NCBI GenBank assembly: GCA_002269645.1
Contig: NIVC01000152.1
Span: 901,176 to 965,175, forward strand
DNA length: 64,000 nucleotides
Direction: 5' to 3'
Origin: Macrostomum lignano
Taxonomy: Eukaryota
Below the pieces are notes generated by a model, which was not told the DNA's origin, made no database searches, and saw only the letters and a program-made list of their open reading frames with translations. A program made the position numbers and the translations under genes. Below are positions 1 through 13,125 of this stretch, piece by piece (the first letter of the stretch is position 1; every line of letters begins with the position of its first letter).

Positions 1-252
1 TGTCACACAATCAGCGAGAGGCATTGCTGCCCATACGTACGCAGTCATACGCACAGGTACACACTCACACAGGGGTGTACAGCGGCACTAGCTTGAGATT
101 ACTCATCGTCAGCCATGTACACTTCACTGTGCCTTGGGGATTGGCCCTCAAGGGCTTTAATGGACGAGCGAGATTTCAATTTAACCCCAGATTAATTTGA
201 CTGCACTTGGAATCGAGCCTGGGCCACTGGTTCATAAAAGCGCTATGCTAGA
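1..252 (-). mobile_element. tRNA-derived SINE, family A, copy 1 (inside NKIRAS intron 3, runs off window)
   Basis: About 250 bp colinear with 47370-47666. The minus strand has a B-box-like GGCTCGATTCC and a tRNA-like head (GGTCTAGCATAGCGC) right after the exon 3 donor. Confidence 0.75.
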
Positions 253-264
253 CCTTGTACTTAC

Positions 265-721
265 ATCTGCTCCAACAACAAAGTGCTTTGGTATGCTGAC
301 TGACTTGATGTCCTAAAAAATGAAAGAGGCTTATTTGAACAATCAGTTTAACTGCACTATTCACAAAGGTAGATGGCTTGCTCAAATGCAATTCAAAACT
401 CACTGATGAGCCACCGATCTCATAAAAGCGAACTTTCTCCTTGACGCCTCGCTCTGACTCAATGTGAGCAACATAGGTATCTTCAATAGTATGAGGGAAT
501 TGTGGCTGAAAAGAAAACAACAAAGATACAAAGCAAATTTTTGCTGTGCGATTTGATAAGGACAACAATAAATGAAATAAGTAGAAATTATTAATAAAAG
601 CTTTTTAACTCACCTTTGAAGACGTCGAATTTGAATAGTTGCAATAAATTAACTGTTCAAGGATTGATGTCTTGCCACAACCCTTGCTGCCACAAACAAC
701 CAGTTTAAGTGTTTTGCCCAT
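265..721 (-). CDS. NKIRAS: NF-kappa-B inhibitor-interacting Ras-like protein (kappaB-Ras), first three exons: 721-614, 505-404, 312-265; gene continues left of the window
   Basis: Spliced translation MGKTLKLVVCGSKGCGKTSILEQLIYCN..PHTIEDTYVAHIESERGVKEKVRFYEIGGSS/DIKSVSIPKHFVVGAD aligns by eye with human NKIRAS1 (MGKGCKVVVCG..GKTAILEQLLYGN..TMEDVYMASVETDRGVKEQL..LPKHYFSFAD). All three introns are GT-AG or GT-started and phase 0. Confidence 0.92.
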
Positions 722-1650
722 TGCTCAACATGCAAGTATTAAAGATTTATTAGTAAGTGTGGTAAACACCAATGAAATTAATATTATGCCATGGTCTATT
801 GACTATATAAATGAAATGGGAAAAAGTTAATTAATGTACTAGGTACATAATATTGCTTATCAATTAAAGGTAAGCATTGCTAGCTCTATTTTAAATCAAA
901 GTAAAGTAACCCAAAGCATTATATATTATATTGTATATAAAAAACAAAAGATTATATATAGAGTCCCAATGAGCCTAGCTTTTTCAAGTCAAGGTCAAGT
1001 CAGTAGTGCAGCTAGGGGGGGGGGGTAGGGGCCTAGGGCTCTTCAAAATTCTAGAAAAAATTACTCCCCCCTGAAATTCTAGAAAACCCCCCTTTATACC
1101 TTTTGTTCCAAGTGCTAAATAGGTACCCACCCCTCAAAAATTTCTAGCAATGCCACTAGCTCAAGTTGAATAGTATGAATATCTGCCTAAATAAAATTAA
1201 AGGCACCTTACTTTTGAAAATTGTTCAAGTATTGTAACAGAAAAGTTACAAAACTTTTTGTACTTTATATTTAATATTTTTTATTGCATTTTGCCTATGA
1301 GGCACTGTGATGAGACCTGGTTTTACTTAAAATTTCTATGTCCAATATGTCATTTTAGCTTTTTTATTAATTATTTATTGATAAAAATATTTAACATAGA
1401 CATTATAGCCAAAACCTTTGCAACAATGCCTATGAAACTTCATCTTAGGCCTAAAGCATATAAGGACCTAAAAATCTTATTAATATTATTTCTAGGGCCT
1501 AGTATATTTCTCAAAACTATACTATATTTATCCTATAAATAGGGTCATAAATAAATCATATTATATATTATAAAGTTCTATTATAACCAAAGGGCCTATC
1601 AACTTAAGCTCAAAGTTGAGCCTAAGTAACATGTATACACAAATGATATG

Positions 1651-1890
1651 TCATTCTGCTTGTTGTGACACTTGGAAGCTGGGTTTGGCAAAAGCGATAA
1701 AAAACCAGACTTGAAATAGGGGAGAAAATTATCAATATTTAGGAATAGTTGATGATTAATGACTATTATATTGACTTTAGCTCATAGTAGAGTCCCTAAT
1801 TATTTCCTTAGTTATTATCCCACATTCCAAGTCCAATTTTATCGCTTTTTTGCCAAACCCAGCTTTTTCGTGTCATTATGAGCAGAATGA
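1651..1890. mobile_element. MITE with ~70-bp imperfect terminal inverted repeats (TIRs)
   Basis: TCATTCTGC..AAGCTGGGTTTGGCAAAAGCGATAAAA at the left end is mirrored by TTTTATCGCTTTTTTGCCAAACCCAGCTT..GCAGAATGA at the right end. Confidence 0.75.
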
Positions 1891-2215
1891 TATCGTATAT
1901 AGCCATATCTCAATTTTTTATTATAGGCCTAGCTATCTATCTATATCCATTCCATATCCATAGCTTATAAACTCCCTATAAATTCTTACAACTTTCTTGC
2001 AAGAGTCAAGAAAAATAAGTAGAATTCTTAATATAGGTGTAGGACCAAGACTGCCATATACCAATACCATCATACTTAGGGGAGCAGGAGCTAAGCGAGA
2101 AATTTGGCTCAATGTGATTATTAGATGGTGCTAATGAGAAGATGAATGGGTAGGAGAGCTAGCAAGACAAGGCTGCGAGAAAAGAACCTATGAGAGGATT
2201 AGCAATGCTAAAAGA

Positions 2216-4246
2216 CCATAGTGCAGAAGGACGGGTGTACGACGGAAATTTCCGTCGTACATTGAGGTTGGTTGTCGTACATGTCGTACATCGTTCATTT
2301 TTGCAAGGGCTCTTTGTCGTACATGTCGTACCGTCGTTGGCCACACTGTCACTGTCGTACATCTCTGACTAGAAAGCTATATGCATAGGGCGAAATCCAA
2401 AAACGTGGGATAAAACGGTAAAACAAATCTGCGGACATTCGATGGAAAGTAATGTATCTAAAAAAGGTTTTTGAAAGATAGATAGGTCTTTAGAAAATAG
2501 TTCTGGATAAAAACTATTGTTTTCATGCTTTATATTGTTGAATAAACAAGAAAAAACCACAAAAAAGCATTTTGAAAGTCCGAGTTGACCGATTTGCAAT
2601 TTTTTGTTTCACTTTTTTTCATTATTAAACAATTAATTTTAAGACTTGTAGGCCTTAGAGAAGGCTAATTTTTTTACTACTTACAAAACAGAAAGTAATC
2701 TGTGTTTTACTTTTTATTCAATTCAAAAAGATGAAGTATTTCTAAGGATTTTAAAGTTTTTCTAAAACCATATAAACTCGCAAAAATTCATACTAATATA
2801 AAGTGCAAAGTTTGCCAGCAAACATCTTTTTCTAAAAGTAAATATATCGCTAATTCCTTGTTGCAAAATAATCTTTAAGTTGTTTTCTTTCATTTAAATA
2901 TCAACTTGCATAGCATTAGTATTTGTAATATGCCTATATTTAGACTTAAAAATTTTGGGTAAAAAATGGTACCACAAAATGTGAACCCGGCATCCAAATC
3001 AGATGCTTACTGTATGCTCATTAAGCGACGAAGAACAATGAAATTACACTAAAACATGTATCATCGCGGCGTGTATGCAGGAAAAAAAGAATTTTCCAAA
3101 TCGCTTCAGTAGAAGCTGAGTAAAATGCAATTTTCCAATCCTTATGGGAATTCCAATGTGTTAGCCGGCTTCCAAATCAGATGCTTACTGTATGCTTATT
3201 AAGCGACGAAGAACAATGAAATTACACTAAAACATGTATCATCGCGGCGTGTATGCAGGAAAAAAAGAATTTTCCAAATCGCTTCAGTAGAAGCTGAGTA
3301 AAATTCAATTTTCCGACCCTTACGGGAATTTGTATGTTTAAATAATAAACTTACGTTGAATACAATTTATTGCAAACGAACTCTACAAAATACACGTTGT
3401 CAAGAGTAACGAAAGTGATAAACAAATAAAACCTTAAAATAATGTTAAATATGTTGTAGAATTATAGAGTGTAACATTATAATATAGTTAAAGTTAATAA
3501 AATACATTATTATAGCTTTTCAATCATTTTCATTAGACTCATTTTAGGTCGTAATTAAACTTACCGTTTTAACAAATCATTTTATTAAAAATAAAGCTAT
3601 ACGAAAATAATTTGTGCTTTAATAGACTTTTTTACTTTTTAAAAACTTGAATAAATTTATTTTATAGCTTTATTGCTTTCAAATTGCCAAAAAACGAATT
3701 TTCATAAAACTTGCCCCCGATTTTTGGATTTCCCCATAGGCATTTAAAAATACAATTTCGTTTTCATAATTAAATTAAATTTATTCAAAGTGCTTTTTAC
3801 GAGGCACAAATAAAATATAATCTTGGCATACTTAATAATGATTTTTTATTATGTGGCACCAAATTTTACATTTTTATATTCAAGGCCACACAAATGTGCA
3901 TCCGTTGTTTTAATCTTAACCTTGTTTATTTCTTTTTTGAAATGCGTATCGTTACCATTCATCGGCCGTCGGAAGCAGAAGCCCAAAGACGGCGACAATA
4001 ATGCCAATTGATAAATTCATTTAATTGAATCATTCATAATTAATATTACTTCAATTACTTGTAAACTTGTTATTACCACTTACAACTTATTATTACTCTT
4101 TGTCTGGGTCGGGAGTATGTGGGTTTCTGCATTGTAGTTTGTCGTACAAAAAAAAATTACTTAGTTCACTTGTGTCGTACTGTCGTACAGCAGGCTAAAA
4201 CTGAAATTTGCCTTCCGTCGTACACAGAAATCCTTCTGCACCATGG
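2216..4246. mobile_element. Non-autonomous DNA transposon with CCAT(A/G)G termini
   Basis: TIRs CCATAGTGCAGAAGGA..GTGTACGACGGAA and TTCCGTCGTACAC..TCCTTCTGCACCATGG, subterminal GTCGTAC repeats, and a 5-bp direct repeat AAAGA on both sides (2211-2215, 4247-4251). Confidence 0.8.
2386..3738. mobile_element. Nested ~1.35-kb element carrying an internal ~178-bp tandem duplication (2993-3330)
   Basis: TAGGGCGAAATCCAAAAA is mirrored by TTTTTGGATTTCCCCATA. There are two near-identical copies of TCCAAATCAGATGCTTACTG..GGGAATT. Ends are approximate. Confidence 0.5.
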
Positions 4247-4406
4247 AAAGATTGGTAGCTCCCCCGCAATACCTACCAGTAGCTAGTAATAGCTAAGGTG
4301 TTCTTAGTGTATGGCAGTCTTAGTCATGCACCTAATAATGGTTTCTAGTTGTAATTGTTTTATGCCATAAATAAATACTGAAAATTGAAACCCTACTGGT
4401 ACTAGG

Positions 4407-4593
4407 CAGGGACTACTCAAACACCGGGATGGGAAACTTAGAAACTAGGATTTTTTACGAGGCTGGTCTATCATCAGCAGTAGAAAATAACCATAGACAA
4501 CAAAGTAACACAGCATCTCTCTAATGAAAATAATTGCCAGCCAGCCTCGTAAAAAAATTTTATTTTCCCATCCCGGTGTTTAAGTAGTCCCTG
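4407..4593. mobile_element. hAT-type MITE, 187 bp
   Basis: TIR CAGGGACTACTCAAACACCGGGATGGGAAA and its inverse; exact 8-bp target-site duplication (TSD) GTACTAGG (4399-4406, 4594-4601). Confidence 0.9.
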
Positions 4594-4849
4594 GTACTAG
4601 GCCTAACATAGGCCAAAGAAAAGCCATTAGCAGGATATAATATTATAAACATAAAATAACAATAGAATAAAAGTAAAATATTAAATTAAATTCATTTATC
4701 ATATTTAAAATGCTTAGGCCTTAGCAACATAAAAATAATCTTAATAATATAAGGTCTTTAAAATGAAATAAAATAAAGTACAAGAATCTAAAATAAAAAA
4801 TGTATGCTATTTCAGAAAAGTGAAAACATTGCTATTTTGGGGTTTGGGT

Positions 4850-5448
4850 CCATAGTCAGGAAGGTGGCAGTTTGGTCGGAAAATTCCGGCGCACACAAGC
4901 CCTTTTTGGGCACACAACGGCGCACAACGGCGCACAGCGGCGCGCCACAACAGCGCACAGCGGCGCACTGGCGCACAGCGGCGCACAACGGCGCACACCA
5001 GAGGACACCGGCGCATGGCGGCGCGGCGCGGCGGGCGCCGCGCCACATGCAGCGTTACCCTTGTGGCGATCCCATGTAACGATGTAAGTCGTTACTTGTT
5101 ACAGTACACTATTCACTGTTCTGTCTAATGTAACACTGCATTCTACCAAAAAATAAAAAATAAAATAAAATATTTTCCTTTTCCTTTTTACCTTTGTTTT
5201 TGCCATTTGCTTACTTTTTATGTTTGTTTTGTTTTAAAAATTAGAAATTAAATTAAAAATTTTTTAAATTTCTATTTTCGGTTTAACGATCTCAATTTCT
5301 CAAAAAAAAGGTATTTTATTGTCGCAAGGCAGGTAGTGGCGGGCGCACAACGGCGCACACGAGAGTTTTTGTGTCGGCGCACGGCGCACAATTTTGGGAG
5401 AGGCCAAAATTTGTTCCGGCGCACACTCTGCCACCTTCCTGACTATGG
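4850..5448. mobile_element. MITE with CCATAG termini and GGCGCACA subterminal repeats
   Basis: 21-bp TIR CCATAGTCAGGAAGGTGGCAG; 8-bp TSD GTTTGGGT (4842-4849, 5449-5456). Confidence 0.88.
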
Positions 5449-8168
5449 GTTTGGGTTTGTTATTAATGGTAATAACAATATACCATGATAACAGCAATAT
5501 AATAGTATAGATAGCAATAACAGTAACCAAAATAAATCTTAAAAAAGCAACCTTTCATTTAACACAAGTATATGATAATTTGCTTATTTATTTCACAATT
5601 AATTGCAGGTACGGGAAAGATTTTGAACCTTAATTTGCAAAAATTAAACATTTTGTGTATCCATCGAGTATTTTTCCTAACTCAAAATTTTACGTTACTT
5701 TGAGGATTCAAAAAGATTTACTTTTACATGCCACAATACAACAGCCAAATTTCCTTAAGGATATACTTTTTCAAAGAAATTTTGTTTGAACAAGAGTTTC
5801 TGAGAAGCTATTGCTACTTAAATATACGTTTTACCTACTTCTTCGAGTTTGCTTTGCTTACTAGACTCGAGTTTGCTAGACGAATACGAATACGTTTGTT
5901 TTGCTGGATTTTACATTAATTTATCTAACTAAAAATGGTCTTTTTATCTGAAAGCATGCGTTGCAGCAAACAATAATGAGATAACAAAACTTACCTGCTT
6001 TATTTTATTTAATCATTAGCCTAGAATCTATCAAAGATCTATTTCATTCAAGATCCAATGGCTTTGTAATTCCTAAGATAAGATAGTCAATATATAGTAA
6101 TAGTATTAGGCCTGGCTAGTATCTTGGCTAGGGCTGCTAGGCGAATGCATGCATACCATTCCTATTTAAAAATTGACTCCTTGAAATCATGCATGTGTCA
6201 AAACTATGCAAGGCAGCAAGTCCAATGAATACAAAATCTACTACTTAAAATTTCTACTAGTAGTTCCTCTTAGTTTTATTTTTATTGTTATTTTTAATAT
6301 ACTATATTAGTATTTAAATATTTTGAATATTTGAATATATTCTTATTATTGAGATAGGCCTTATTTAGCATCACTCGTTTTCTTAGAAAGTATTGTATTT
6401 GAAACTATGCTATTTTTGTTTTAATGAGTATAATATCAGTAATATTGTAAATATTATAAATATTATGAAATTTTATTTGTTTAAAACTGAGCTGAGAAAA
6501 GGGTATAAATACATAAGCAGAATCAAAAGGAAAAATAGGAAACCAACTTATCTGCCACTTGTTTCAAGCTTGAAATTGTTCTAGTATCTTGAAATTGAAG
6601 CCTTGTTCAATACTTACTGACTTAGTTATTTAGGTAGAAGCATTAAGAAGCCCCAAAATTGGGAAAGTTCAAACCATTCTTAGAAGAACAAGAAATCTAG
6701 ATCTAGCTAGAATCTGAAAAGTCGCTTTAAGAAAGGCAAGAATCCTACCACAAGGTAGAGAAGTCCAGACTCAGAGTCTAAGAAACTCGCCTCAGGGTAG
6801 AATACCCAGCAAGTGACCCTCTGATCCTGGGAACACCCAGGACTAAGAGAATAAAATCTGTAGAGGAATATAATGATAGAATAGATAGTGCCTAAAGACT
6901 GCTTAGGCCAGAAAGGACAATAGAAGTATATATGCTACCAATAGAAGTATATACACTACCAATAGAAGTACATGCGCTACTAGTGGAAAGGCAATTAATA
7001 ACCAATAAGATCATTAAGAAGAAGTAACCCCTATTACAGCTAGTAGCATTGTGAGATTATTTATAAAGACAAAAGTAATCCCTATGTCAACTTTGGTGGC
7101 AGTGGTGAGATTTTGTATTATACAGGAACACCGCTACATCATTATATATTTGAATAATAATATTTTGAATAAATAATAATATAAATAATAATAAAAAATA
7201 ATAAATATTCCACTTATGATCTAAGTTATCTGCCATTTTTACTTATTTTTTTCTTTTCACTGGGGTCTTGGATAAGATAATTCCCTGGAGAATTGACATC
7301 TATTCCCTTCCTAGGCCTATAAATCATTTGACATTAGAGACATTTTAAAACTCTTGCCTTACTTTATCTATTAGGCCAACTTTATATATGACATGACACA
7401 AAATATTAGGAGCATGAGCATCAGCGTTAATAATGCCTTGGAAGTCTTTAAATGATCAATACAACACTAGGTATTATAAAATTTCAACTCTAAAGCTCAC
7501 TGGGGCGAAGACTGTCTTCATTAACTAGTATAGTAGTTGTAATATCACTTGGCTAGGGCCTATTAATAGGAATTAATAAACGTGCCTACTAGCCTATATA
7601 TTAATAGTAATAAATGCATGCTTAGCCCAAATTAATTGGCACAAAGACTGAAAAATATTTTAAGTTTTTGTTCCCAAAAAGCCGAGACCCTAGGATATAC
7701 CATGCTCACCAATTTTAGCATCAATTTTACACCTCTATTAGCTTCTATTATGGGGGTTGGTTTTCGCTACTCTGTATTGGCCGATGACAAGGTCATTTGT
7801 ATACAGTCTAGGGTCGTCCTCCATTTATATTTAGCTCACTGGTATCGAAATAGAAAGCATGAGGGGGTATCCTACTAACTGATAGAATGCGCGTTCACGA
7901 GCATCAATCAAAGCCAATTCTTCATTCATTCAATCTATGGTTAGCCAAGTTGGTTAGCTATGTTCTCTTGTTTGCGAGTTTAGATCATTTCGCGTATTCG
8001 CCCAGTCTGTCCGCTTCGTTTGATGATTGTTTCTGGAATCCTGGATTATGATAAACTGTGATTGAACTTGTGATTGAACTGGAATATAGTGCGACAAGTG
8101 ATTTATACTTGATTGATTCATTGATGTTTGATTGATTCATTCATTCAATAAAAACCATACTACCAAAA

Positions 8169-10169
8169 GACTGGTGATGTGACTGAGTTTACTAGTGATG
8201 TGACCGCATAGACTGGTGAGGTGACCATGTTGACTGGTGATGTGACCCTGTTGACTGGTGATGTAACCGTGGTTACTGGTGTTTTGACCAAGTTGACTTG
8301 TGATGTGACCGTATTGACTGGTGATGTGACCATATTGACTGGTGATGTGACCGTATTGACTGGTGATGTGACCGAGGTGACTGGTGATGTGACCACATTG
8401 AATGGTGATGTGACTGCATTGACTGGTGATGTATGTGACCACATTGACTGGTGATGTGACCGTATTGACTGTTGATGTGACAGAGGTTATTGGTGATGTG
8501 ACCACGTTGACTGGGTGATGTGACCATATTGACTGGTGATGTGACAACGTTGACTGGTGATGTGACCGGATTGACTGGTGATGTGACCATATTGACTGGT
8601 GATGTGACCACATTGAATGGCGATGTGACTGCATTGACTGGTGATGTATGTGACCACATTGACTGGTGATGTGACCGTATTGACTGTTGATGTGACAGAG
8701 GTTATTGGTGATGTGACCACGTTGACTGGGTGATGTGACCATATTGACTGGTGATGTGACCGAGGTGACTGGTGATGTGACAACGTTGACTGGTGATGTG
8801 ACCCGATTGACTGGTGATGTGACCACATTGACTGGTGGTATGACAATGTTGACTGGTGATGTGACAGATGTGACTGGTGATGTGACCATGTTGACTGGTG
8901 ATGTGACTGTATTGACTGGTGACGTGATTGAGGTGACTGGTGATGTAACTGCGGTGACTGGTGTTTTGACCACGTTGACTGTTGTGACCACGTTGACTGG
9001 TGGTGTGACCGGATTGACTGGTGATGTGACCGTATTGACTGGTGATGTGACCGAGGTGACTGGTGATGTGACCACATTGACTGGTAATGTGACCACATTG
9101 ACTGGTGATGTGACCGAGGTGACTGGTGATGTGACCACATTGACTGGTGATGTGACCGCGGTGACTGGTGATGTGACCACGTTGAATGGTGATGTGACTG
9201 CGTTGACTGGTGTTGTGACCACGTTGACTGGTGATGTGACCCCGACGACTGTTGATGTGACCGTATTGACTGGTGATGTGACCGAGTTGACTAGTGATGT
9301 GACCACGTTTACTGGTGATGTGACCGTATTGACTGGTGATGTGACCGAGGTGACTGGTGATGTGACCACATTGAATGGTGATGTGACTGCATTGACTGGT
9401 GATGTATGTGACCACATTGACTGGTGATGTGACCGTATTGACTGTTGATGTGACAGAGGTTATTGGTGATGTGACCACGTTGACTGGGTGATGTGACCAT
9501 ATTGACTGGTGATGTGACCGAGGTGACTGGTGATGTGACAACGTTGACTGGTGATGTGACCGGATTGACTGGTGATGTGACCACATTGACTGGTGGTATG
9601 ACAATGTTGACTGGTGATGTGACAGATGTGACTGGTGATGTGACCACGTTGACTGGTGATGTGACCGTATTGACTGGTGACGTGACCGAGGTGACTGGTG
9701 ATGTGACTGCGGTGACTGGTGTTTTGACCACGTTGACTGTTGTTGTGACCACGTTGACTGGTGGTGTGACCGTATTGACTGGTGATGTGACCGGATTGAC
9801 TGGTGATGTGACCGGATTGACTGGTGATGTGACCGTATTGACTGGTGATGTGACCGAGGTGACTGGTGATGTGACCAAATTGACTGGTGATGTGACCACA
9901 TTGACTGGTGATGTGACCGAGGTGACTGGTGATGTGACCACATTGACTGGTGATGTGACCGCGGTGACTGGTGATGTGACCACGTTGACTGGTGATGTGA
10001 CCCCGACGACTGTTAATGTGACCACGTTGACTGGTGATGTGACCGAGTTGACTGGTGATGTGACCGAGTTGACTGGTGATGTGACCACGTTTACTGGTGA
10101 TGTGACCGTATTGACTGGTGATGTGACCGAGGTGACTGGTGATATGACCCGACGACTGGTGATGTGACC
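8169..10169. repeat. 21-bp minisatellite (consensus GTGACCACGTTGACTGGTGAT), ~95 units, with higher-order duplicated blocks
   Basis: Direct inspection. It accounts for all the TGDVTxL, SPVNxVT and HHQS ORFs in the track. Confidence 0.97.
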
Positions 10170-10239
10170 TTTTATCTCACTTTGCTGTAGTTATATAGAT
10201 TTAATATGTCTTTTTAACAATATTGTTATATAATCAATA

Positions 10240-10792
10240 TTATACAGACCAACTACGGATGCGAACTGATGTAGAGTCCGGTCTGATGTTGTCAGTTTGA
10301 CACGCGACAGAACGAGCGCCGCTACAGAAACTGGACTCTTCAAGAAGATTATCGTCTGAATCACGCAGAGACTCGGCCGGGCTACATCGACTAAGTGGAT
10401 TGATTAAGCCAGTGTTGTCGCCGGACGAGTGCTGTTCCGCGATAAACAGGTTATATAAAAACTCAATCTCTTCTAGTTCGTCGATCATCTGTTCGCCGGC
10501 GTCCTCGTCGAGATTGTCGAGCATCGGATCATCTGCCTCGGCGGCTGTTTCCTCGTTGGTCACTGAACAACAGTCGCCACTCGAGTGCGTTGGACTACAC
10601 GTACAATACGTTGTGTTGCCCTCTACAGACTTAAATATTAATGAAATACCAAATCTATAACAAAGTTCCTTTATATGACAGACTGATAAGCAGCAGATGC
10701 GAACAAATTATAGTCTATGTCATCATTAATAACAATCTATAATTCTAATATTTACGAACTTTACTGAGTACAGAATAGTTGTACTTATGCAT
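10240..10792 (-). CDS. Putative uncharacterised acidic 156-aa protein (exons 10792-10765, 10682-10240)
   Basis: ATG exon with a phase-1 GT donor, an 82-nt intron ending TTATCAG, then an open frame CHIKELCYRFGISLIFK..DDPMLDNLDEDAGEQMIDELEEIEFLY. Total 471 nt is divisible by 3. No family recognised. Confidence 0.45.
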
Positions 10793-11463
10793 TTGTACTT
10801 ATGCTTGTCTAAAATATGCTCAATCTGCACAATTATCAGAATTATCAGCTACACTCAGACAGCAACAGGCGAAAATTTTCTAAGTCAAAGTTAATCTAAG
10901 CGCAGCGTTACCCAAAAATAAATGAGGCTGTGACAGGTAAGTGGTTGGGTTAGTGGGATAAATGCTGGTAATAGGTATGTGGGTGGGTAGATAGGTATGT
11001 AGGTAGTTAGTTAGTTAGTCAATCGGTATGTATTGGCGTGTGTGTGCGTGCGTTAGGCATTATTATATGCATACTAGTTATTATATGACTATATGCTGAG
11101 AGCTATATGATGAGTATTTACTAGTGCTTGTTTATTGTTTAGTAGCCAGCCGGGTGGTTAGATTAACAGCATTATTAGCAACACAGACAAACATAAACTA
11201 TATAACATAGCTCGTAGATAGCTTACCATAGACTATAAAGTACTCTAGTCGGTTAGTTACACTGTGTTAGCTTCCGACTACATGTCTGCCTAATATATAT
11301 TGGGGGGGGGGTAGTGGGGGTTGGGGTATAGACATAGACAATTGTTTATTATTTAACCGTGCTCGCTCACTCGCGCGGACACACACACTCTATTCCATCA
11401 TGTTACTATAAATAGTTCATAATTTGAAATTTGTTACTATTTATGGAAGTGCATACCTAGACA

Positions 11464-11676
11464 TATTGTTTAATCAATTATATTAGTAAATATTGATAGA
11501 ATAATAGACTTGAAACTAATTACTCATAATACAAAAACTCCCTAGTGATAGAGACTTGGATTATACTAAATTTAGAAACAATCATCCTATATCTCTAGGG
11601 AGTTTTTGTATTATGAGTAATTAGTTTCAAGTCTATTATTCTATCAATATTTACTAATATAATTGATTAAACAATA
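11464..11676. mobile_element. AT-rich foldback/MITE with ~82-bp perfect inverted arms
   Basis: 11464-11545 is the reverse complement of ~11595-11676. Confidence 0.8.
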
Positions 11677-13125
11677 ATTAATATAACAATAGCTATTAAG
11701 TTGCTAATTAATTGTAAAAAGATAGTGGATATAATAGAGATTCAATGTTGTGTGGCCATCTTAGTCTTATACCCTTTTTTAATAGGGATCATATAATAAA
11801 AGAATACAATAAAGAAAATTATTTAACAAAAAGAGAGCAGTTCAAAATGTTTTTGAAAAAAGCTTGTACGAGCCTAAGCTCGTAGGGCCTAAGCAAATTA
11901 GCAGAATGATCACAATGCCTAATAGGCAAAGTGTATCATAAAGTATTGAAAATATAAATACAAACAGTTTTATATAATACAAGCTCATAATAAGTCCAAT
12001 ATATTAAATATTTACTTAGCAAGAGACAAGTGCACTACTATTAGTAACATAATAATTTAGCAACTACGCCTGTCAGTCCAAAATGATTTACTATAGTATA
12101 AGAAATTGTGTTGTCTTATTATGAATGTGTATACTAATGATTGACTTTGATTTATCAGTGTGCTATGGTTTTCAAATGCTAAATTGATTGATCTATGTCT
12201 AAGGCTGCCACATGCTTATAGAAAAGACTAGAACTTACATGTTTAAATATGAGTCACATTTCTTAGAAATGGAAACCAATTAAACAAAATACCTATTATT
12301 AGAACCTTATAATAAACTACACATAATTATTATAGCTAAGGATCTTGACTAAAGTTAGAATAAATAAACTAGATTCAAATTACAGAATAGTTACAATACC
12401 TTTTTTATTACATGACAAATTTTTAAGACTAAGGTATCTTTTTAGGCAAGTGAGATTCATCAAATAAAATAAAAATACCAAAATAGCTTTTAAAATCCCA
12501 AATTTAAGCCAGGCCTAATAATTTTTTTACTAGAGGCCAATGCTTAGTCACTAGTAGCAAGTTGATTTGCTAAAAATCAATTTGCTGAAAGTAGGTTTTT
12601 TTGTTGAAAGTTTTATCTTGACTTCTAACTCATCTTATATATAAATATGATGGACCTTATATAATGGTATATTCAGTATTGTAAAATAGAAAATTAAATA
12701 AATAAATGAACAAGGTCCAGCTATGACAGGTTGACATCTAGCACTAGCTGCATTGTCCATAGAATGTTTATAGTCCAGCAGCGGCATCTGCTTGATATTG
12801 CCTTTGCAGTTGGCTATGAGTATGTCAATTATGCAATAATATGTCTACTATAAAAGCCGCAACATATTGGCTAAGGCAATGATAGTGTGTTGTGCTTGTC
12901 ATCATCATGATCATGTTAATAGAAGCCTTTTGGCAGATGGTGATGCTCTAGTCAAATGAGTTTTGCAAATTTTCCAAAAAGAAAGTAAAAAAGTAATTAA
13001 AAAATTGTTGCTTTTGTAGTAATAGTAATAGATAATATACTAATAAAGTATTTTTAGTCAACCATTATAATCTTCTGTCTTCTTTTTATGGTTCTTTCTA
13101 CCCACAATCATTGGGCTTTAATTTA

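Larger units (their letters stand above)
2034..4334. mobile_element. Old MITE (about 270 bp when empty) hosting nested insertions
   Basis: TAGGTGTAGGACCAAGACTGCCATATAC (2034) is the inverse of GTGTATGGCAGTCTTAGTCATGCACCTA (ending 4334). Confidence 0.6.

Noticed and set aside
3363-3374. 12-nt match CAATTTATTGCA to the SL end
   Set aside because: It lacks the terminal TG, lies inside a transposon and has no downstream gene. It shows that partial matches arise by chance in AT-rich DNA.
6600-7205. Possible decayed LINE 3' end with an (AAT)-rich tail
   Set aside because: No recognisable protein motif could be read through the stops.
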